From: a virus
Lineage: Duplodnaviria; Caudoviricetes
Direction: 5' to 3' (one strand)
IMG/VR virus record: IMGVR_UViG_3300031555_002748
Span: 2,439 to 66,438 of that record
Length of the DNA stretch: 64,000 nucleotides
Part shown: positions 19,835 through 26,875 of the stretch, piece after piece
Position numbering within the stretch: position 1 is the first letter of the stretch
Layout: each line of letters opens with the position of its first letter
The notes under the pieces: model-generated
The model's input: the letters and a program-made list of their open reading frames with translations, nothing else
Database searches by the model: none
What the model was told of the DNA's origin: nothing
Translations under genes and position numbers: made by a program

Positions 19835-20993
19835 TCACCTTCCCAAACTCGTCAATTAATCCTTTTTCTTTTATAAATTCTTTTAAATCTTTGTTTTCAA
19901 CAAGTAGTAATCTTGCTCGTTCTACGGCTTTATCTCTTTGTTTTTGCAAATCATCAACAAGTTCACGTCTAATATTTGATATTTCGTTCATTACATTTTC
20001 GTCAAATCCAATTTGATCAACTTGTGCTTTTGCACTTATTTCAGCTACTTGTTGCATACCTTTGCAATAATCAATATCATACATATTAATTTTTGCATCT
20101 CTAAATCCAATTAAATCTAACTCTTTCATTTTCCCAGTAAGAGTGTTTTGTCCTTTGGATTTTGAATTATTAAAGTTTACAGAAATTCCATTATCCTTAG
20201 CTAATGCATTTGCACCAGAAAGAAGCTTTGAAATTGTATCTGCGTGCCCTTTGATTGTGCCATTATTACTATTTAATTTGGTAACATCTGAAGATAATAC
20301 ATTAATTGCATCATTAATCTTTTGTATTTGATTGAATGCTTGTACGATTTGTATAACCGCATTCATCTTCATACCATCATTTTTAGTTTCTTCATCAATA
20401 AAACTAATTAATTGTGCATATAATACTGGTAAATCTTCTTTTGCTGGATAATTTTGAAATGGATCGTAGCCAACAAGTCGTATAATATCTCTCTTGTTAG
20501 TTTGGTACTCGTTCCAAACATCTGGATTTTTAATTACATCCTCGTCAGTAGATACGCTTGATTGCTCATTGTTCTTAAACAAATCCCCATCTCTCCAGCG
20601 CAAACCGTTATAATTATGCAGTTTGATATTCTTAGCATAGGCTGCCCATACATTTGTCTTTGGTTTTTTTAAACTAGGATCGTTAACCTCGTTAACCGAA
20701 GCCTCCCAAACTCGTTCCAAATATGGCACATCCATTCTCTCACATGCCTCCATTAAAGAGGTTTTAGTGACATCTCCGAATTCTTTGTAATTATTATTAT
20801 AATTTCTCGCAATCTTCTCCAAACAGTCTTTGCAATAACAAATTACCCCAACAGAATTAAATGCATCTGTAGAAGTGTAAAACTTAGAGCGAGGTTTAAT
20901 TTCACCACAACAATAGCATAAAAATTCTTCTTTTTTAGGAATATCTTCTATCTTTTTCATGGGCTTAGATTTTCCCATTGGTTTTCCTGCCAT
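19821..20993 (-). CDS. YonG-like Zn-finger protein, possible terminase small subunit
   Basis: N-terminal CYCC...CKDC, helical C-terminus; overlaps the start of the terminase gene. Confidence 0.55.
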   Translation of the reverse strand: MAGKPMGKSKPMKKIEDIPKKEEFLCYCCGEIKPRSKFYTSTDAFNSVGVICYCKDCLEKIARNYNNNYKEFGDVTKTSLMEACERMDVPYLERVWEASVNEVNDPSLKKPKTNVWAAYAKNIKLHNYNGLRWRDGDLFKNNEQSSVSTDEDVIKNPDVWNEYQTNKRDIIRLVGYDPFQNYPAKEDLPVLYAQLISFIDEETKNDGMKMNAVIQIVQAFNQIQKINDAINVLSSDVTKLNSNNGTIKGHADTISKLLSGANALAKDNGISVNFNNSKSKGQNTLTGKMKELDLIGFRDAKINMYDIDYCKGMQQVAEISAKAQVDQIGFDENVMNEISNIRRELVDDLQKQRDKAVERARLLLVENKDLKEFIKEKGLIDEFGKVIDNE

Positions 20994-21030
20994 AAGCGTC
21001 CACCTCCTTTATAGATTTGTCGCTACGACA

Positions 21031-21270
21031 TTAGTCTATCATTTCTGGTTTTTCTTCTTGTGATTTTTTAAGTTCATCTTTGGCCTTAAACTCAGCTGTA
21101 ACTTCTTCAAAAGCCTTTTGGAACAATTCATTGTCTTCAAAAACAAGAACTGTTCTTGTTTTATCTGTTTTTAAAGGTTTGCAATCAATTACATTGCAAC
21201 CCATATGAATAAGCTTACGACATACACGCATGTCAAAACATAGTTTACTTTTTACATTTTTGTTTTCCAT
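21031..21270 (-). CDS. DUF5659-like small protein
   Basis: CRKLIHMGCNVIDCKP...RTVLVFEDNELFQKAF pattern. Confidence 0.55.
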   Translation of the reverse strand: MENKNVKSKLCFDMRVCRKLIHMGCNVIDCKPLKTDKTRTVLVFEDNELFQKAFEEVTAEFKAKDELKKSQEEKPEMID

Positions 21271-21415
21271 AATTTTCTCTTCCTTTTTAGTTAATCATTT
21301 TTAGTTAAAAACAAAGATTGCAACCAAAAACAGTTGCAATCATTTTGTTTTGTTTAACATTTATTTTATATATATAACATTTTGAATGTTAATGATGTAA
21401 TAAAAATGTTATATA

Positions 21416-22639
21416 TTAAAGTTTAATTTTATACTCAACACTAATTCCTGCATCTTGCTCGACCATTAAAAGTGTTGCACCTGGATTAGATGTTTTGTTT
21501 AAAGACATCGAATAATCATCTATACCAATAATCGAAGGCACGTTAACAACTTCTCTATTAACACCAACAACTTCTGCTTTATAGTGATGCATATGCCCAC
21601 CAATAAGAATTGAAATATCTGTGTTGTATGTACTAGAAAAATCTTTCATTGCCCTTTCCATATCCTTAACTTCGCCATGTATGGCTAAAACATTTAAACC
21701 AGCTACTTTATCAAATATCAATCCTGTTGGATTAATAATCATTTCAAAATTAGGATTATTTTCAAGACGAGTTTTAATCATCTCTCTAACAAACAAACCA
21801 GTATTTTCATCTTTGAAAGTGCCTTTTGGCTGATTTAACATGCGCAGCTCGCTATGATTCCCAAAGGTCATTTGATATCTAATATTTACATGTTTAGATA
21901 ATTCATTAAGCCAAGTTGAAATAAAATCAGCATATTTTACGGTACCTTCAACAACCCCATATCTTAATTTCATTAACTGACTACAGCGAAGCACACCATC
22001 TGTAAAATCCCCAAGTGCAAAAATATGTAATAATTCAATATCTTCTTTTTCTACAATTTCTAATACTTTATAAAATAAATCCCACATTCTTTGCTCAAAT
22101 ATTTCTGGACTATAAGAGTTGATAACTTCACCATAAAGTCCATATATAGTAAACTCTGTACCAAAATGTTCATCGCCAAAACCCAAAATGGCACTTTTAG
22201 GTTTTGCACCAATATTTCTACACTTTGGAATACTTAATGGTTTGAGTTCTTTAATTGCACTACAAATATGCTCTGCAATTAATTCGTCTCTAGCATATTC
22301 ACGAAGCCATTTGTTATTCTCAAGTTTTTCAGTTTGAATTTGAATTTTTAATTTTTGCAATTCTCTTTTTTGAGCCACATATTCGGAATTTTGTTTTTCA
22401 GTAAAATTATCTTTACTAAATAACTGCTCGTAAGCGTCTATATAGTTTCTATATTTCTTCCTATACGCACTCGAATCATAATAACAAGTTTCGTCTTCAC
22501 GGTATTGTTTGTTAAAAACTTCGGCTATTTCGGGCCACGTGATGTCTTCTAATAAACCTGCGTCTTTTGCTTTACCTACATCCCATAGTGCTTTGTATTC
22601 GTCTTTACCTTCTATTATTTGTTTAATTTTTTCTTTCAT
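21416..22639 (-). CDS. Calcineurin-like metallophosphoesterase (YonJ-like)
   Basis: Motifs GDEH, LGDFTDG, GNHSE, IHGE and GHMHH; N-terminal coiled coil. Confidence 0.8.
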   Translation of the reverse strand: MKEKIKQIIEGKDEYKALWDVGKAKDAGLLEDITWPEIAEVFNKQYREDETCYYDSSAYRKKYRNYIDAYEQLFSKDNFTEKQNSEYVAQKRELQKLKIQIQTEKLENNKWLREYARDELIAEHICSAIKELKPLSIPKCRNIGAKPKSAILGFGDEHFGTEFTIYGLYGEVINSYSPEIFEQRMWDLFYKVLEIVEKEDIELLHIFALGDFTDGVLRCSQLMKLRYGVVEGTVKYADFISTWLNELSKHVNIRYQMTFGNHSELRMLNQPKGTFKDENTGLFVREMIKTRLENNPNFEMIINPTGLIFDKVAGLNVLAIHGEVKDMERAMKDFSSTYNTDISILIGGHMHHYKAEVVGVNREVVNVPSIIGIDDYSMSLNKTSNPGATLLMVEQDAGISVEYKIKL

Positions 22640-22690
22640 AAAATTTTCTCCTCATAAATTCTTCTATATATAAAAAGAGAACACATAATA

Positions 22691-23017
22691 TTATGCGTCC
22701 TCTGATTTTTTACGTTCATAATTTTTTTGGATGGTGCTCCTAAAGACATCACTAAACTTCGCAAAAGGTTTTACAGTAGCTTTAACAATGACTGGTGATT
22801 GGTCTTGAGGGTTGACACGCTCTCTTTCTGGTATCACCTTACAGCCGACAGCGATACCTTCTACTATTCTAATAGAAATTTCTTCGTCGTCAGTAACTTC
22901 CGCAAAAACTTCTTTTACATAGTCGTCCATTGCTGAAAGCACATCTTTGATGTCTTTTAAATAAAAGTTAGTTTTTTCAGCTAACACCCTTGCCATTTGG
23001 TCTTTTGTTATTGTCAT
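22691..23017 (-). CDS. HU/IHF-family DNA-binding protein
   Basis: ITKDQM...LAEKT N-terminus, arm ERERVNPQ..., KPFAKFS; corresponds to the SPbeta HU-like gene. Confidence 0.8.
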   Translation of the reverse strand: MTITKDQMARVLAEKTNFYLKDIKDVLSAMDDYVKEVFAEVTDDEEISIRIVEGIAVGCKVIPERERVNPQDQSPVIVKATVKPFAKFSDVFRSTIQKNYERKKSEDA

Positions 23018-23081
23018 AATTTCTTCTCCTTTCTTTTATTTTAATCATTTAAAGTGCAATTTAAAGTGCAACTTTTATTAT

Positions 23082-23157
23082 TGGAGCTTCGGAACGGAAT
23101 CGAACCATCAACCTGCTGATTACAAATCAGCTGCTCTGCCAGTTGAGCTACCGAAGC
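23082..23157 (-). tRNA. trnT: tRNA-Thr(UGU)
   Basis: Cloverleaf GCTTCGG...CTGAT TTGTAA(T) CAG...TTCGATT...CCGAAGC TCCA; CCA encoded. Confidence 0.95.
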
Positions 23158-23236
23158 ATAATATATACTATTCCTCGCCGTATATAGGGGCGTATTTCAC
23201 AAGTTCTACTCTATTTCAAGCGATATACTTTATGCC

Positions 23237-23313
23237 TGGTACCCAGTACGTGATTCGAACACGCGAATGCCACCGTGAAAGGGTGGTGAGTTAAGCCGCT
23301 TCTCCAACTGGGC
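23237..23313 (-). tRNA. trnE: tRNA-Glu(UUC)
   Basis: GCCCAGT...CCACC CTTTCAC GGTGG...TTCGAAT...ACTGGGT ACCA. Confidence 0.95.
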
Positions 23314-23430
23314 ATTTATCTGAATCAAGATATCTAAGTATCCAGATTCAGAGTAGTTATTCAACATAACCCGTACTTCACTCCAACTAGAAGTGAATCT
23401 ATAGCTTCGTAACAACAAAACCATACCTTT

Positions 23431-23505
23431 TGGCTCCTCCAGTAAGACTCGAACTTACGACAACGCGGTTAACAGCCGCGGGCTCTACCGCTGAGCTATA
23501 GAGGA
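23431..23505 (-). tRNA. trnN: tRNA-Asn(GUU)
   Basis: TCCTCTA...CGCGG CTGTTAA CCGCG...TTCGAGT...TGGAGGA GCCA. Confidence 0.95.
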
Positions 23506-23669
23506 ATATTTAACACAATACTAATTGCCTTGGGTAGAGTTAGGTCAACAAAGTCTAATACCTATGCAATTTCAGTATTAGAAAAATCCTATTAGCTCTT
23601 TGGTGGGTTACCCCTATCAATTGCCTTAGAATACATTAACCTCAATATTCTTCGTTGTATTGTGTTTGT

Positions 23670-23746
23670 TGGCGACCCATAGCGGACTTGAACCGCTGAT
23701 CTCTTGCGTGACAGGCAAGCGTGTTAACCAACTGCACCAATGGGTC
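23670..23746 (-). tRNA. trnD: tRNA-Asp(GUC)
   Basis: GACCCAT...CTTGC CTGTCAC GCAAG...TTCAAGT...ATGGGTC GCCA. Confidence 0.95.
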
Positions 23747-23917
23747 AATTTGCTACATTTTTAAGGATAGATTTGCGTCCGTGAAATCTCTGATTATACC
23801 CCGTAGCTATCGCACACTTTCTCTCAACCTCGCCCCGCAGAGTCGGCTAAACCGATGGTTATAATTATCGTCAAGAGAGCTTTGACTATATGCTTTTCAC
23901 ATAAATCAGTTCCTTTA

Positions 23918-23993
23918 TGGTGGAGAATACAGGAGTCGAACCTGCGACATTCTGCTTGCAAGGCAGACACTCTGCCAACTGAGTTAATTCCCC
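23918..23993 (-). tRNA. trnA: tRNA-Ala(UGC)
   Basis: GGGGAAT/ATTCTCC acceptor stem with G3:U70; anticodon arm TCTGC CTTGCAA GCAGA; ACCA end. Confidence 0.95.
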
Positions 23994-23996
23994 AAA

Positions 23997-24073
23997 TGGG
24001 TGCAAAGATTGGATTCGAACCAATGATTTCCGACTTATGAGGACGGCGAGATGACCAACTTCTCTACTCTGCA
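23997..24073 (-). tRNA. trnM: tRNA with CAU anticodon (Met/fMet-like, atypical)
   Basis: TGCAGAG TA GAGA..TCTC G CCGTC CTCATAA GTCGG..ATTGG TTCGAAT CCAAT CTTTGCA C CCA. Confidence 0.85.
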
Positions 24074-24347
24074 ATGTAAAAGATAAAGATTTGTAGTTAA
24101 TCGTTATCTCTGTGTTTGTTGCCATTTAATTCGGCAAGAACCTGTAAATATAAAGCAAGCGCTAAAGCATTACAGTTATCTGTATTAAAATCAAACATCA
24201 TCTTTCACTCCTTAAATTATTTTGGCTGTTTAATACATTTACACCTGCACCAATTAAGAGTAAAAACTACAATGATGGTAGTTTAATTTTGGAGGGGAAC
24301 ATCCCCTCCGTAGGTGGACCTAGGGAATTTCACCCAGCCCATTGTGT

Positions 24348-24572
24348 TTAAATTATTTCACCAGTTTCTTTATCTACTTCAACTTCTTCGGGTACACTCT
24401 GTTCTTCGTCATACGAACAAGAGAGTTTAACTTTATATCCATCAAAATTAACTAATAATTTCTTTAAACTAAATGTCCCAACATCTTCTACCTCAATCAA
24501 AACATCTTTGTCTTCGATATTAAGAATGCCACTCGCACTCACTTTCATCTGTTTGATTACCTTTTCTGCCAT
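24348..24572 (-). CDS. YonK-like protein
   Basis: 74 aa; ..FSLKKLLVNFDGYKVKLS.. resembles SPbeta YonK, and synteny matches. Confidence 0.6.
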   Translation of the reverse strand: MAEKVIKQMKVSASGILNIEDKDVLIEVEDVGTFSLKKLLVNFDGYKVKLSCSYDEEQSVPEEVEVDKETGEII

Positions 24573-24586
24573 AATCTTTTCTCCTT

Positions 24587-25300
24587 TTAATATTCTAAAT
24601 CATCTGCATGACTTGAAATCCAACCACGATGATTAGTTTTAAGTTCGCATACTGCTGTTCTTGGGTCATCTTTAAAATGATTTAAATAACGAACAAATCC
24701 ACTGTTTTCAGGATTATGATATAAATCTATTTGCCCGCTATGTCCAATCACAATAACCTTACAGTTATCACTCATACGAGTAAGAGTTTTCTTAAGCTCA
24801 TCACAATAATAATTTTGTGTTTCATCTAAAATTACAACCTTATTTTCAAAGTTACAACCACGAAGGTAAACGTGCGTTATTGCTTCTATGTATCCTTCTC
24901 CGTTTTTTAGATTTACAACATCAAGTAATTGCTTAACTTTTGTTTGTGGATTAATATTTAATTTAACTAAAGCCTCAAAAAATGGCTCATTATAAATAAG
25001 TGTTTTTTCTGCGATTTCTCCAGGTAAAAAACCTAATTTTCCTTCTTGAGTAGGGGCTGAGATATAAACAATTCCTTCATATCTACCATACTGAACCAAT
25101 AAATCTGCTGTCGCTGTAGCTATTAATGTTTTACCAGTACCCGCCTTGGCATTGCAAAAAACAACTAATTTTTCAGGATTCCAAATAGCGTCTCTAAAAA
25201 TCTTTTGGTCATCGTCCAATTTTAATCCGTAAAAAGGGTGATCTTCTAGTGTTCTTGGTGCGTCTACTTTTACAGTTTGTTTATTATTTGTTTTTGCCAT
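24587..25300 (-). CDS. phoH: PhoH-family ATPase
   Basis: Motifs AKAGTGKT, LGFLPG, YLRGCNF, ILDETQN and IGHSGQID. Confidence 0.9.
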   Translation of the reverse strand: MAKTNNKQTVKVDAPRTLEDHPFYGLKLDDDQKIFRDAIWNPEKLVVFCNAKAGTGKTLIATATADLLVQYGRYEGIVYISAPTQEGKLGFLPGEIAEKTLIYNEPFFEALVKLNINPQTKVKQLLDVVNLKNGEGYIEAITHVYLRGCNFENKVVILDETQNYYCDELKKTLTRMSDNCKVIVIGHSGQIDLYHNPENSGFVRYLNHFKDDPRTAVCELKTNHRGWISSHADDLEY

Positions 25301-25314
25301 ATGAACTCAGCTCC

Positions 25315-25947
25315 TTACGTTATTTCATCAAAATCCTCTACAATATGATCTATTACACCAAGTTGTAAAGCTTGTTCTTCATTAAAATAATAATCGTCTC
25401 TCATTTTCTTTTGCGTTTTAGTATCTATGTTAGTCATGCTATAAACATGGTCAGTAACTCTTTTGCCCATTGCATCGTAAAACTTCTTTGCTGCTTCAAC
25501 TTGTTGAGCTGTACCTTGATAAGCACAACTTCCTGCGTGCATCATTATGTTAGTGCCTGGTAACGCATATCTTAATCCTTTATGCCCACAAGCAAGTAAA
25601 TCGGCCGCCGCACTATAAGCTGTGCAATAACATACTGTTCTAACAGGTGTCTTACTAATGGCGATTGCCTTAACTAAGGTAAGTAACACCTCTACAGAAC
25701 CACCAGGACTATCAATCATAATCGTTATTGGTTTACGTTGTTCAACGGAAATGCCTTTGTCTTCTTTATTACAACGCATAATCATTTTTACCAAATCAAG
25801 CGTTGGTGCGTCAATTTGATCATCTACCCAAAATATTCTATCTTTCTCATCACGGTAGCGATTTCTTAAAATTGGGTCTGGTAGTTGCATGTTAGGTATG
25901 CCTTCTGGAACACATTCGAGTAATTCTTCGAGTTTAATTTCTTCCAT
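25315..25947 (-). CDS. clpP: ClpP-like serine protease
   Basis: IDSPGGSV, AYSAA (catalytic Ser), IMMH (catalytic His), DYYFNEEQALQLGVIDHI. Confidence 0.85.
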   Translation of the reverse strand: MEEIKLEELLECVPEGIPNMQLPDPILRNRYRDEKDRIFWVDDQIDAPTLDLVKMIMRCNKEDKGISVEQRKPITIMIDSPGGSVEVLLTLVKAIAISKTPVRTVCYCTAYSAAADLLACGHKGLRYALPGTNIMMHAGSCAYQGTAQQVEAAKKFYDAMGKRVTDHVYSMTNIDTKTQKKMRDDYYFNEEQALQLGVIDHIVEDFDEIT

Positions 25948-26077
25948 GTTTTGTTCTCCTTTTAATTCTTTTATTTTTGATAGGAAAATACTAAGCGTTT
26001 TCCTTTATATCCATTAGGAAAATCTCGACACTATTTTTTACCAAATTAAATACGCCTAGGTTTTTCCTACTTGTTTT

Positions 26078-26875
26078 TTAATCATTTTGTTGTGTGAGAT
26101 TTTCGTTACATTTTTCTCTATAGCGCCTAACTCGTTCTTTAGAATTTTCTCTTTCAACTATTTCAGCACATTCTTCACAATACTTACGTGGCCTAGTTTT
26201 GCTTTGTTTGATTAACTTATTGCACCGTTGACACCTAGTATATCCTTTTCCTTCATTCTTCCAATTAAGATAAACATAAGCAAGCTCTTGACAATCAGTT
26301 TCATCAAGCTCTAACACCACATCGTTATCTTCATTGATAAAATTAACAATTAAACACTTAGTATCGTTCTTTTTGGGGCACTCAAGTAGCCCCTTTTGTA
26401 CTATATTATATAAAATATACTCTCTATCGTCTGCTGGTACAGATATTCTTGCTGTTTTACATAGGTCTGGAAGAGAATATCTAACCAAACCATTAGTGAA
26501 CCCATTAATAACGCTTTGCTGTTTTGCCATACATAACAACACAAATAACACCTTTTCTGCTCTTAAATTGTCCAAAGAAACAATCAAATCTAACTCAGAT
26601 TGGGTAATTTTGATGTTTTCAATATGATAAAATGGAATTTTATGCGCCCTTTTAATAGCATCTGAAATCAAATTAGAATAATAACTTTCATCAAAGTTGC
26701 TATGGTTTTCGTTCATCCATTGCACGGTATATTTATAATTATCCTCGTCATTATATTCGAGAGAATAAAGATTATATCTTGTAAGATAGCCAATTTTAGC
26801 TACTACTGACTTAATTGTATCGTTGTTTCCATTATATAAACTTTGAGCATATCTCTCTTCATTCAAAATCAACAT
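26078..26875 (-). CDS. Hypothetical protein with C-terminal Zn ribbon, coupled to RNAP gene
   Basis: 265 aa; CQRC...YCEEC; start overlaps the 3' end of the polymerase gene. Confidence 0.65.
   Translation of the reverse strand: MLILNEERYAQSLYNGNNDTIKSVVAKIGYLTRYNLYSLEYNDEDNYKYTVQWMNENHSNFDESYYSNLISDAIKRAHKIPFYHIENIKITQSELDLIVSLDNLRAEKVLFVLLCMAKQQSVINGFTNGLVRYSLPDLCKTARISVPADDREYILYNIVQKGLLECPKKNDTKCLIVNFINEDNDVVLELDETDCQELAYVYLNWKNEGKGYTRCQRCNKLIKQSKTRPRKYCEECAEIVERENSKERVRRYREKCNENLTQQND

Noticed and set aside
23041-23996. Theta (HDV-like) ribozymes at tRNA 3' ends
   Set aside because: All tRNAs encode CCA, and I could not fit the nested double-pseudoknot pattern to the trailers by eye; a formal motif search is still worthwhile.
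23230-24125. ORFs 23230-23424, 23855-24040 and 23886-24125
   Set aside because: They run through clear tRNA genes.
24312-24340. FMN riboswitch (GGGCTGGGTGAAATTCCC on minus)
   Set aside because: Only the first T-loop hairpin resembles it; the downstream conserved elements and any riboflavin gene are missing.
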